Shown here piece after piece: positions 1 through 12,755 of a stretch of 64,000 nucleotides of DNA. The notes beneath the pieces are model-generated. The model saw nothing but the letters and a program-made list of their open reading frames with translations, ran no database searches and was not told the origin of the DNA. Positions within the stretch are counted from its first letter, which is position 1. Each line of letters opens with the position of its first letter. Position numbers and translations under genes: made by a program. The DNA is from Tubiluchus corallicola (Eukaryota; Animalia; Priapulida), in assembly GCA_030141605.1 (NCBI GenBank), contig JAQGDQ010001019.1, forward strand, positions 1-64,000. Direction: 5' to 3'.

Positions 1-189
1 TAATTGCTTTTGTGTTGTTAATGCAAGTTTGCACAAGAATGGTTATTAAAATGTAAATTATTTGCAGGTGGTTATCATTACATAAATAATTATTATAATT
101 ACAGCACGCTGATTTCCGCCTTTGATCTAGCTGTAATAAAAATACTAAAAATTGTATTTAAAAATATAATAATCAATAGTATAAACAAA

Positions 190-670
190 AATTGGAAGTA
201 CGAAAAAGGAATCTTCATAAATGAAACTATTAAAATTCGTGCTGAAATTTTGTACGTACTTATTGCATACAGAGCTTGCATTAACAGCAACGCTGTAAAC
301 AAATTTGTAAATTTTTACTTCTGCAATGACTATTAGGGGCAGCCATTAAGGTGGGTCATTTGAAACAAGTTTAGAGAACACTGTATAAAGTTTAAGAAAA
401 TAATCAGAGCATTTGTAGCGCACACTTGATTAAGTAAACTAAAGATTGAATTACTTTATATTGTTAATATGACTAATGATGTGTTTTTGTGAGCCAGTGG
501 TGCACAGTGGGACGTTTTACCAATTGGCGTGACTATTTCAAATTAGCAAGAATTTTCTTTTCCAAATTACATAAGTCATTCAAGCAGGTAAGCGTAATGA
601 TACGTAATATAACTTTGTGTGAAAAGAATTTTGTAACATACTTTCAAGTTACCTTTTTGTCTCCTTTAAT
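190..670 (+). mobile_element. Dispersed non-autonomous DNA transposon family A, copy 1 (Kolobok/T2-MITE-like)
   Basis: Shared blocks (ttgaaacaagtttag, cagtggtgcacactggga, caggtaagc-taatg) recur in at least 8 places in the window; the right end reads ...ctccTTTAA (CCT+TTAA). The superfamily is inferred from termini only. Confidence 0.65.
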
Positions 671-721
671 TCAAATTACCAAAATAATCCAATCAATTTA
701 GCGTCAGAAGGCGTCAAATAC

Positions 722-1080
722 AGGAAGCCATTTTGACGGTAGATCAATTGAAACAAAGTTTAATTAACGCTGTTTGTGTTTAAGTAATAAAGTTTGAAAA
801 AATCATCACAGTATTCGTTGTGCACACGTCATTAACTAAGCAAAATTATTTTATCTTGTCGATAAGATTAAAAATGCGTCCTTTTGTGAAGCAGTGGTGC
901 ACACTGGGAAGGTGAGTCTGTGAGGTTTAACAGGTGGCGAGAACACTTCAAATTACTAAGAATTTTCTTTTCCAATTTCACAAGTCTTTCAAACCAGCAG
1001 CCATATTGCCATGTAATATAGCTTTTTGCTTAATGTTCTTAGGGATGTATTTTAAAATTCTCCTTTCTTTCCCTTTGAAT
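722..1080 (+). mobile_element. Family A, copy 2 (partial), followed by a family D left end
   Basis: Aligns by eye to 340-670; ends ttccctttga; then a 20-bp spacer and TTAA-AGG of family D at about 1100. Confidence 0.6.
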
Positions 1081-1239
1081 CCCATAACGCAAAGCGAAGT
1101 TAAAGGTAAAAGTAAGTCACTCACTCAGTCAGTACGTTGAGTTTATTTTACTGTTATCACTTAAAATTCGAAAAATATAACAATTCATTCAATTGTTCAA
1201 CAAAAATTAAATAAGAAATAAAAATTTCATGTTTATAAT

Positions 1240-2235
1240 TTTAATTTAATTTAATTTATTGAATATTTTTAACGCATTTTAAATGCTGATCACATGCATC
1301 TTACAAATAAAAGATCATTACTAAAAAAATTGATTCATAAGATGTTTAAGACAATGGCACATTGATTGATTAAAAGTACATTGAACATGATAAAAAAGGA
1401 AAAATAATAAAAGCAAAGAAAATTTAGTGAAATAATAGAAGCAATGCCACAAAACATACACAATCGTAAAAAATACAATTTTAACTTATCCACAGTTAGC
1501 AAAATTAAAATAGTCAGTTTTCAGACTTTTTAAAATTATCAGTCCACTTGAATAGGGGTAATGGTAGGGCCTGACAATTCCCCAATTTGGGGCCAACAGA
1601 AGTGAATGATTTATTACTACATGTGACTAGTCCGGTACGTGGTACTTCAAGATTACTTCTGTTTGAGGTAGATCTTCAAAAGGAAAACCGGATGATTGGG
1701 CAAACACGAGTCCAGAATAAAGAATGCTCTAAAATATTGAAAACTACAATAGCCTTTTTTAGTCAAAGCTTAGATAAAATAATAATTAACCATTGAAAGC
1801 TACGCGCAGCTCAGTGAATCTACTAAGATTGGCAGCGGTGCCTTTTTGTCACGTTCGCGTGGTCGACAAACAGCAGGCGGTACCGTGATAACCATGATCA
1901 TGAACTGCAGTGTTAGTTTCTGACGTCATATAACGTAGAGCTCGTTTTCGTGACATCACGCGTTTAAGCAGTAACACTTAGGCAAACGTCCTCGACGCAC
2001 AAGGGAAGACGCCTGCTATTGCACAAACTGTGGTTAGTTTCTGACGTAAGCAATAGCTGTGTTCGGTTACCTTTAATTAACTTTCTAAACTAATTATTAA
2101 AACATAAGAAACAATTGTTAACTTTTATAGGCAAAAAAATGCATAATTTGGACATCAAACAAAAATGAGATTGAGTCTAAAACAATTATCCAGTCTTCCA
2201 TTAAGAAGGCCTGATATGTAAGTAGGGACTATAAG
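1240..2235 (-). mobile_element. L2-clade LINE 3' remnant interrupted by MITE C1
   Basis: Minus-strand translation gives LIVPTYISGLL (2201-2235), then LRSTSNRSNLEVPRTGLVTCSNKSFTSVGPKLGN (about 1575-1680). This resembles the L2 ORF2 C-terminus (APxYLxxLL...LRS...LxVPRT...SF...GPxLWN). An A-rich tail lies at about 1240-1265. Confidence 0.6.
1681..2200. mobile_element. MITE family C, complete copy (about 520 bp)
   Basis: TIRs AGGAAAACCGGATGATTG and CAATTATCCAGTCTTCCA, the latter followed by TTAA; a second copy lies in reverse orientation at about 40817-41325. Confidence 0.75.
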
Positions 2236-2262
2236 TGTTTCAGGAAAGCGTAATGTTAAGCT

Positions 2263-2536
2263 ATTATATTATGTTATGTTATGTTATGTTATATTGTGTC
2301 GTGTCGTGTCGTGTCGCGTCGCGTCGCGTCGCGTCGCGTCGCGTCGCGTCGCGTCACGTCACGTCACGTCACGTCACGTCACGTCACATCACATCACATC
2401 ACATCACATCACATCACATCACATCACATCACATCACATCACATCACATCACATCACATCACATCACATCACATTACATTACATTACATTACATTACATT
2501 ACATTACATTATATTATATTATATTATATTATATTT
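2263..2536. repeat. Compound pentanucleotide microsatellite inside a family A fragment (about 2235-2614)
   Basis: Blocks of TTATA/TTATG/TCGTG/TCGCG/TCACG/TCACA/TTACA/TTATA; the flanks match family A, which ends ...gtcccTTTAA at 2614. Confidence 0.9.
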
Positions 2537-2982
2537 AGCTATTTTACTATTAAAAGCGTTTACACGGACGGTTATTTGGGACATATTTTAAAATTCCATT
2601 GTCTGTCCCTTTAATGCTCTGTTTAGGATTAAACAAAAAAACTTGAACTAAATTCAAAGCGCTAAACTCATGAATGAGCGATTGTTTTCACAAGTGCAAA
2701 CCAAACTGAAATATGCGAACTATGCGTTGTTTTGATCATCATTCAACTTTTCCAAAATAAGGGCAACCGGGGCGTGTGGATAGATTCATGGGCGTGTTGT
2801 GAATTTTTTGGAAAAAATTTCCTACTTTTTGGGAAGTGGTTTTATTTACGCATAATAAAAAATGTTGTTTCCCACCTAAATAGAAACTTATTTCCGTCCT
2901 TTATTATGTATGAATATGATTGGATAACAAAGCTGAAAAAGGAACCTATACTTCAAAATACTAACAAAAATTTAACAAGCCC

Positions 2983-3460
2983 TTTACGGGAAGACAGGAT
3001 GATTTTTGATATACTACCCCATTTTCAAGGACAAAAAAGCATACGTTTTAACACAATTAGTACTGTAAAAGCGTTTCTGATAATTAAATAATAGATTAAA
3101 AATTTAATTAACGGCGGACGAGTCCAAGTATTGCTGACATCACAAACTACCATATTTTTCAGCAGCAAAAATACTCCACGAGCGTGTTGCATGTGTTTGC
3201 GAAAGCGAAAATTAAAGTACAGTGTTACTGTAAGATATTCAGTGTGTTGTACTAAAACTAGGCAAGTTTTAAGATAAAAATTCAAATTTCAAATTTACCC
3301 CTGCGCTCACGCATGAGCTGTCGAACGTGTGCAGTTCGTCACAAACTAACACATCTGAGCTGAGAGGTACAGCGCCTATTTTTTGTGCAATGCCTTTCCG
3401 AAATGCAGGCGCTAATGCCCGTTAAACTAACGAATGGTAAAATGCATGTCACAGTGAAGA
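2983..3460 (+). mobile_element. Family B Kolobok/T2-MITE-like element, copy 1
   Basis: Begins gggaagacaggatgattttt and is closely similar to 5232, 12103 and 20422 and to the reverse copies at about 26000 and 47000. Confidence 0.8.
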
Positions 3461-3491
3461 ACTAGAAATATTTTCAACCAAAAACTAATAA

Positions 3492-4300
3492 ATATGGAAC
3501 CGCCCCATACAAGTGAAATTCAACGACATAAATGATATGCGTAAATCCCGAACAACAATTATAGTGGGCTTCAACCAAAAAAATACGAAAGTGGAACCGC
3601 CCCATCTAGCGGGCTTCGACCACATAAATTCAACACATGGAACCGCCCCATCTACTGGGCTTCGATTACATAAATTTCGCACATGGAACCGCCCCATCTA
3701 GCGGGCTTCGATCACATAAATTCCACACATGGAACTGCCCTATCTACTGGGCTTCGATTACATATATTTCGCACATGGAACCGCCCCATCTACTGGGCTT
3801 CGACCACATAAATTCCACACATGGAACCTCCCCACTTAAAGGGCTTCAACCACAAAAGTATGTTGAACCGCCCCATCTAGCGGGCTTTAAGCATGAACGT
3901 TTCGAATGTGGAACAGCCCCACTTACCGCGGTTTAACCATAAATTTTTTGAATGTGGAACCGCCCCATCTAGCGGGCTTCAACCACAAAAGTTATGAATA
4001 TGGAACCGCCCCATCTAGCGGGCTTCAACCATAAATGCTTGGAATGTGGAACCGCCCCATCTAGCGGGCTTCAACCTCAAAAGATATGAATGTGGAACCG
4101 CCCCATCTAGCTGGCTTCAACCACAAAAGATATGAATGTGGAACCGCCCCATCTAGCGGGCCTCAACTACACAAATTACAAGCGTAAAACCGTCTCGTAC
4201 ATGGGACTTCGTCCATATGACTCGCTGCACTTGCTGGGCTTCAACCACAAAAGTTATGAATATGGAACCGCCCCATCTAGCGGGCTTCAACCACATAAAT
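3492..4300. repeat. 46-bp minisatellite (about 15 units), core TGGAACCGCCCCATCTAGCGGGCTTCAACC
   Basis: The core recurs at 3592, 3638, 3684 and onward (period 46). Confidence 0.9.
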
Positions 4301-4809
4301 TACGACGCTACGTAGAGTAAAGTTGACCCAGTTACAATACGCTGCGTCGGCCCAATTAAAACATTCAGATATAAATGCAGCTATGAAAACAATCCTCTCT
4401 TACTACCACAGCTTACTGTACAAAATTCATCTGTGTTTTTCCTCCTGGCATGCGAGATGGTAATGACTTGCAATGCATAGTGGGTAATGATTTGCAATGC
4501 ACGTTGGGTAATGACTACACCAGCGTCTTGAGTTAACAGGATGTCGTAACCCTTTGCTCCATATTAACATGTGAAGTATATTTTTATAAGCAAAGGCTGA
4601 TCGGGTCACGATATACGGTTACTGCATGAATATTTTTAACTCTAAAGAAGCCAGTGTAAGGTATTTTGTTCCCTTGTTTTTCTCTGTGTGTTTCCAATGC
4701 ACTGCTAACGTAATAATATGTTTGCAATGAGTCAACTCTGAATAATTATTGAAAGAAGAACTGCAAATAGGGATCTTACAAGTGCATAAACGTATGCATA
4801 GATTTAATT

Positions 4810-4853
4810 GCACACACAAACACACGCACACACACACACACGCACGCACGCAC

Positions 4854-4884
<31 letters not shown>

Positions 4885-4907
4885 ACACACACGCACACAC
4901 ACACACA

Positions 4908-4943
<36 letters not shown>

Positions 4944-4961
4944 TACACTCACGCACGCACG

Positions 4962-4999
<38 letters not shown>
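4810..4999. repeat. (CA)n/(CACG)n microsatellite
   Basis: Direct reading. Confidence 0.95.
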
Positions 5000-5002
<3 letters not shown>

Positions 5003-5231
5003 ATGTGTAAACGTGATAATTACACTGGCACCTAGAACTTGACTATTCAGTTGGCAAGGTGAATAGACGAGCTGTTATAGTGTGTGCCTATTGTGTGTCC
5101 TTTATAAAAATGCTCTCTAATGGTATGAACTGTCTCACGTGTGCCCAAAATCCAATACACCCATTGGTAGTACCCTGTCCGATAGCACCTACAAAGACGA
5201 GGCTTATGGTTTTTCGAGCTAACAAACTAAT

Positions 5232-5646
5232 TTAAAGGAAGACAGGATGATTTTTCATAAACTACCCCATTTTCAAGTAAGCTAAAATGTATACATTTTA
5301 ACACGATTAATACTGCAAAAGCGTTTCTGATAATTAAATAATAGATTAAAAACTTAATTAACGGCGGGCGAGTCCAAGTATTGCTGACATCACAAACTAA
5401 CATAATTTTCAGCAGCAAAAATATTCCATTGCATGTGTTTGCGAAAGCAAAAATTAAAGTACATTGCTACTGTAAGATATTCGGTGTGTTGTACTAACAC
5501 TAGGCAAGTTTTAAGATAAAAATTCAAATTTCAAATTTACCCCTGTGCTCACGCATGAGCTGTCGAACGTGTGTAGTACGTCGCAAACCAACACATCTCA
5601 ACGGAGAGGTACAGCACCTGTTTTATGTGTATGCGTTTCCGAAATG
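5232..5646 (+). mobile_element. Family B, copy 2
   Basis: Intact left end TTAA|AGGAAGACAGGATGATTTTT; the body matches copy 1. Confidence 0.8.
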
Positions 5647-6390
5647 TATTAATCGGAAAATGTTTGTGAGCACGAAAAAATAGTAATTTCCTTTCAATAC
5701 TTTAAGGAGCTGATTGTTTTGACCCACAGTTTAAGAGTGAGTCTGGTTTTGCTTCAAAAGGAATAAAATATCGTTGTGATTCTGTGAGAACCAAGAACCA
5801 AATTATGTGTAACAACTTATAAATACCTAAAATTTGTACTAATGTACTAAAGTCTGCTTACAACACAGCTACGGTAAAAATATAGATATTGTACTTTTGT
5901 AGATATTTTGCGTAAATGTACAGAAAATCTTAGACGTCGGATTGCAAACTCTTCTAATGGTGTATTAAATCACATTGTTGGCAACAATGATGTTTTTATA
6001 TGCTTCAAAAATTTGTGATTGTGATGTGAAATTGAAATGTGCTTTTATGATTTTAATGCACTTTTAATGTTTGTCATTTTTGTAAATATTTAAACTAATT
6101 TATCTCTTAACAGGGACTAGGTAGCCTTGGCCTTTTATCCGTAATTGTTTATGTAACTTTTTTAGCTGAAAAATGTAAATCCGTGCTGTATATACGGTTT
6201 ATCCTGGTCTTATATTGTTACTTTCTTGTAAGTATCTTAAATACTTTTGAATGAAGATTACGTCTTACGTAAGCAAAATGTAAAGTAAGTAAGTGTAAGC
6301 AAAATGTAAGTAAAATTTATACAATATATATTTTTTACTTTATCAGTCATATTTCTATTGCCCATTTCAACTTGATTACAATAAATCAGG

Positions 6391-7068
6391 TTAAAGGAAA
6401 GAACAACTCAGTATGTTGGGTTTATCTTACTGCTATCACTTAAACTGTTTATGGTGTGCTAAAGGAAAGGACAAGTCGCTCAGTACGATGGGTTTATTTT
6501 ACTGTTATCACTTAAACTGTTTGTGGTGTGCTAAAGGAAAGAACAAGTCACTCAGCACGTTGGGTTTATCTTACTGCTATCGTTTAAACTTAGAAAAATA
6601 TAACAAAGAAATTTGCAATAAACTCTCTATAGAGCAGAAAGCTACTGCACAAAAATTTCAGGCGCATTGATGGACGCCGTTCACTTGAAGATTATGACGT
6701 AACTAGTGGGCGTCGTGACTTTTCGTAAGCGCCTCCTGGTTTTCCGTAAGCTTACGTAAGAATTCTGCAGCTTACCAATTGTTCATGCAAAAAAAACCCA
6801 CAAAATTAGCTATCTAATTTTTTGTAAAAAACTTATCATACTTTTGAAAGAAATTGACACTGCGCTGCTTTTTCTTGTGCCGATGAATGACGTCATTGGT
6901 GGAAGATTGGCCGTTCAAAATGGGAGCACTCAAGCGTGAAATGATCGTGACTTTAAAGCAACGTTACTAATATACGATACGCTTGCCGAACTTTTCTTAC
7001 TAAATCCTTCTAACATTTTTCCCGAAGATCGAAAAATAGCTTTCCGACAGGCTTGACTTCTCCTTTAA
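6391..7068 (+). mobile_element. Family D Kolobok/T2-MITE-like element with triplicated left end
   Basis: TTAA|AGGAAAGAACAAC ... TTGACTTCTCCT|TTAA; the first ~70 bp is repeated three times; related fragments lie at about 1100, 13786, 40792 and 41325-41490. Confidence 0.65.
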
Positions 7069-7755
7069 TTTAAACAATGCTGCTAAACTGCCAGTCAACG
7101 TGCATTGCTGTCAAAGTTACAAGTATTTGCAAACAGATACACGTGCCTGTCACGTGATATGCTAATGACTTCCGTCTACTAGAGCAATAATGTCCTCTGT
7201 CCACTGGTGATCACGTCCCTTGGGGGTCATTAAGCAATTACTAAAATAAACAAACTGACCAGTGGCCACTCTAGTAGCTAGTCTACAGTGACACGAATTT
7301 GTGAAGGGAAAATAAGGCTGGAGATCAAAATATCAGAAACTGTAAACACTAACGATGTAAGTAAATAATTGTAAGTAAGAAGAAGAAGAAAGAAGAAGAG
7401 GAAGAACAAAGAAGATAAGAAACTAAAAAGTGAAAACTAACAAACGAAGAAACAAACAAACAAACAACTAAATAAATAAAATGGCAAGCAAAGGAGAAAA
7501 AAGTAAATAATCAATGGAACGATCGACAAACAAATGGATGACCCAACGAAAAACACAACTAATTAAAATTAAACCGAATAAAAATAAAAAAAAGATTTGA
7601 AAAATAAATAAATGCTGTAGGAATAAATATGTTAACAAATAAATAAAAAATAAATAAATAAATAAACAAGCGAGATCAGTAGCAATTAAATAAATAAACA
7701 TATTAAAATAAATAAAGTGAAGAAATAATTGAAGTAAAATAAAATGATGTGAGCT

Positions 7756-8106
7756 ATGAGTGAATGAATGAATGAATGAACGAATTAACGAATGAATGAA
7801 TAAATGAATGAATGAGTGAACGAATGAATGAATGAGTGAATGAATGAATGAATGAATGAATGAGTGGGCGAATGAATGAATGAATGAATGAATGAATGAA
7901 TGAATGAGTGGGTGAATGAATGAATGAATCAGTGAATGAATGAATGAATGAGTGAATGAATGAATGAATGAATGAATGAATGAATGAATGAATAAATGAA
8001 TGAATGAATGAATGAATGAATGTATGAGTGGGTGAATAAATGAATGAATCAGTGAATGAATGAATGAATGAGTAAATGAATGAATGAATGAATGAATGAA
8101 TGAATG
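7756..8106. repeat. (GAAT)n microsatellite
   Basis: Direct reading. Confidence 0.95.
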
Positions 8107-8505
8107 GATAGGTTATAAAAAATAATAGGTTATAAAAACTATTATTTAGCATAATTATTCTAATTTTAAGCTAAAAAGTGTGTTAATAACATCAATGCAA
8201 TTATCTCTAATTAGTGGCTAATTATCCATATCAAACGTTAACGTTAATTAGTATGACTTTGTGCAATAGGTTCATGTAAATCATTAAATTAGACGCCATA
8301 TACAAACAAAATCTTTTAATAAGGTTTATTAAAAAGTTGTATAAGATATTATGTTAGGATAATTTGAGACTAATTAATTAACGTTGGCCGTAACGATGAG
8401 ACTCGCTTCGTAATTTGTGAAAATTTAGATCTAATTAAAACCTTGAGAAGCATCTTTTCAAACGCTACAGTTTAGTTTACGGCAGTACCAACAAGGAAAA
8501 CAGTT

Positions 8506-8683
<178 letters not shown>

Positions 8684-9707
8684 TCACAATGGCGTCATCG
8701 TTGCCATATTTGTTATAACAATCAGTAATAAATATATCACACATTTTTCAACATGGAATAACATTTATTTGGCAGAAGAATAAAAAAAACTGGATAGTTG
8801 CCTTTAACTACAGTTAGTACCTATTAAGTTTGGAGATAGCTTTGTCTCTTAACGTGGAGAAAAACTAACTTCCCTTTAACTACAGTTAGTACATTTTAAG
8901 TTTAGTGACAGTTTTGCCTCTTAACGTGGGGAAAAACTAACTTCCCTTCCCGTGACAGTTTTGCCTCTCAACGTGAAGAAGGACCTGCTCCGTCAACTAC
9001 CACGGTCGTCAGATCTTTGCCAATGAGTTATTTCCTGCCTTGGACTTTACACCAGGCCTCTTCATGAAACAGTTACAAGGTTGATGATACGATAAGACAG
9101 GTTTCCTATGTACATACTTGCACAATAAAACTACAAAAGTGATCATGTACACATTTTTACATATTTCGTATAGTTATTTATGCAGAGCAAATATTAATTT
9201 TCTTACTTCGGTAATGAGTTTTGGACAAACTTGAAGCTAACTTTTGTGAACGACTGTAAGCTATACAGTGTTTATTAAAATACAACTAATAGCTATACAA
9301 ATACCGTGTTTTTATTCATTTTTAATTCATGGGGCCAAATTTTGGTGTTTCTAGCGGCAGTGTTGCCAGTCTAGAGACAGGCGAATCAGGCCACTATTTT
9401 CTGTGTCACACCATTGAGGGGAGCGAAATGTGATCGAGTACTCCATATGTTTGTAAAACGATTCTTGTTTGGTTTCGTGCAAATAAAAACTCACACATGT
9501 TATGCTGATACCAAAAACTTGTGGCTTGGGACCCATGGGTAATGTATGCAGATGATGTAGTAGTGTGGTTTGTGTGCTGTATCAGTCCAAGCGTCTGCTA
9601 GCAGCACATATCTGTTTTTGTTTTTTTGTCTGTCAGACGGTATATGGTCAGTGTTTACTACAGTCCGTAGTGTTGGGTAAAACAAAGCAAATAGATTCAC
9701 ACGTTAG

Positions 9708-9910
9708 GCGTGAAAACTGGAGATGTTGAAAAATGCGTCGTATTATCACGATGCGTGAAAATTGAAGATGTTGAAAAATGCGTCGTACTGTCGCTATGCG
9801 TGAAAACTGAAGATAAAACTGCGTCGTAATATCACGATGCGTGAAAATTGAAGATGTTGAAAAATGCGTCGCATCATTACGATGCGTGAAAATTGGAGAT
9901 GTTGAAAAAT
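9708..9910. repeat. About 45-bp minisatellite, ~4.5 copies
   Basis: Unit gcgtgaaaattgaagatgttgaaaaatgcgtcgtattatcacgat at 9708, 9753 and onward. Confidence 0.85.
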
Positions 9911-10009
9911 ACATTGTCTTTGACACTGCAGATACAAAAATGAATATAAGAATTAACTAACAAATAAATTAGTAAGAAACAAGTAATAATAATAATGAAC
10001 AATATTAAT

Positions 10010-10630
<621 letters not shown>

Positions 10631-11419
10631 TTAAATTCAAACAAGCTGTTTATCATCATCCCCAATTAAAATCAAGCAAATCTTTCAATACACGAAAAAT
10701 TTATTTGCTAATTGAAAAGTTAAAACGAAATAGGTTATTTTTTTTTACTTCAACACACGCATCGCGACATGATGATCTGCATTTGCACTTTAAAGAAAAC
10801 CTCTTCAATAAAAAATGCCCCCCCGACTTCTCTTTCCCACACTCACTGATTGACGCAACTGCGTGATAGGGGGTCATTACGAAATTATCAAAAATATCTC
10901 GATTCTGAATTCAGGATTTTTCTCATGAATCGTCTTTTTTATACACCAATCGACTTTGAATGGCATCAACAAAGTGCGAAATTCCTCCAAAGAGTCTGGG
11001 CACCTCTTATCAACACCAGCATCTGCCAAGGAATGAAAGAGGTACTTTCCTGTCTGTGTCGGAGCTGCCAAGAAAATGGGAGACCTGCTTCTTCCTGAAG
11101 ATGATGATTGTTCAAATTTGAAAGAATGAGGAAAACGGGGAAAGTTCTCACGAATTTCTTTTCTTTTTGCTCTCTTTGCGTGTTGCCTAAGAAACAAAAA
11201 TAATTTCCTTTCAAGGATAAAGTACCTGGGCGAGGGTTTTCTCTGTTTTGGCAAAAAATTAAAATTCTTGCGTTGAAGTCTTGAGCATTTCTGAGATAAA
11301 TTTGTAATTAGTTCACCGATTTAACGTACGATGACGCCACTATTGTATTTATATGAACAACAATTCAAGCACGTGTTTGTATTGTTTTATCAGCGTCATT
11401 CCGGCCGTGGAGGAAAGAG

Positions 11420-11960
11420 GAAATGTAAGTACTTAGGCAGTCTTCTTGCAACAGATGAAGATATATCAAGAAGAAAAATCTTAGCCTTATCTACATATTT
11501 CAAAATAACAAAAAATCTATGAAAGTAAGAAGTCAGTCTAGAAACAAAATTAAGAGTCTTTACTGCACTTATGGAAACTGTGTTTCGCTACGACTCAGTA
11601 TTACGGACAATTAAAGCACAACACAAATCAGAAATTGATACATTTCAATGGAGAAACTACGGGAACATTCCACGAATAAAATGGCCAAAGAAAATATCAA
11701 ACCAGGATCTGTGTAATAATAAAGTTACAGCAGAGGAATGGACAATTAAAATCAAAAGGAAAAGATTAAGATGGATAGGACATGTCATACGACTACCAGA
11801 TGAAAGTCCATTAAAATTAACTTTCAAAGAAGCAGTGCAGAAAGAAAAGAAACCACAAGGAGGACAGCTGCTGACTTACATCAATTTCATCAAAAAAAAT
11901 CAAAAGTGACCAGGAGGATCATGTCAGATGACGAGTGACTCCAGAGATGACGACGATGAT
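11420..11960 (+). mobile_element. RTE-clade LINE ORF2 C-terminal remnant (frameshifted)
   Basis: KYLGS...DISRRK, then SLETKLRVF, RIKWPKKISNQDL and RKRLRWIGHVIRLP: typical post-RT RTE motifs, with stop/frameshift. Confidence 0.8.
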
Positions 11961-12102
11961 TCTGTCCGTTCATAACATTCATTAAAATTAGTTTTTAATA
12001 ATATTTGCGTCTTTACATGTATATACGTCAGCATTATCAATAATAAAACATTGCGCACTAAGAAACGTTTTTTAACTTTGCACCACTTGCAAATATTACA
12101 AG

Positions 12103-12755
12103 AGGAAGACAGGATGATTTTTCATATACTACCCCATTTACAAGTTTGATAAAAAGTAGACATTTTAACACAATTAATACTGCAAAAGCGTTTCTGATAA
12201 TTACAAATTTAATTAACGGCAGGCGACGCCAACATAATTTTGAACATCAAAAATATTCCACGAGGGTGTTGCACGTGTTTGCAAAAGTGAATATTGAGGT
12301 GCAGTGCTACTGTAAAATATTCAGTGTGTTGTACTAAAACTTGGGAAGTTTTAAGATAAAAATTCAAATTTCAAATTTACCGCTGTGCTCACGCATGAGC
12401 TGTGGAACGTATACAGTACGTGCAGAAACTAACACAACTGAACTGAGGGGTACCTGTTTTTGTACGGGTTTTACACGTCAAATGTAGACACAGGAAAGTT
12501 CAAATGTGACTTAGGTGAGATACCAATGTCACATTTGACTTGACACGTGTCTAGATTTGACTTACCAAAAGCGCTTAAGATTTCTTGAAAACCATTGTTA
12601 ACACATATGAACTACCTATCTACATTTGAGTTACCAAGACACATTTGAATTACCTAAATCTACATTTGAGTTAACGCAGGTCTTCATTTGACATGTAAAA
12701 CCTATATAATGCGTTTCCGAAATGCAGGCATTAGTGCCCGTCTAACCAGCGAATA
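12103..12755 (+). mobile_element. Family B, copy 3, interrupted by a TIR MITE
   Basis: B sequence runs to about 12462 and resumes at 12708 (aatgcgtttccgaaatgcagg). Confidence 0.75.
12463..12706. mobile_element. MITE with ~27-bp TIRs (TA-flanked, possibly Tc1/mariner-type)
   Basis: TACGGGTTTTACACGTCAAATGTAGAC versus GTCTTCATTTGACATGTAAAACCTATA; internal (tctacatttgagttacc) subrepeats; absent from the other B copies. Confidence 0.75.

Noticed and set aside
3492-4300. CRISPR array
   Set aside because: The linkers are only ~16 bp and related to each other, there are no cas genes, and the context is an intron-containing animal genome.
8960-9080. Coding-like stretch (TCSVNYHGRQIFANELFPALDFTPG)
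   Set aside because: No clean splice boundaries and no recognisable family.
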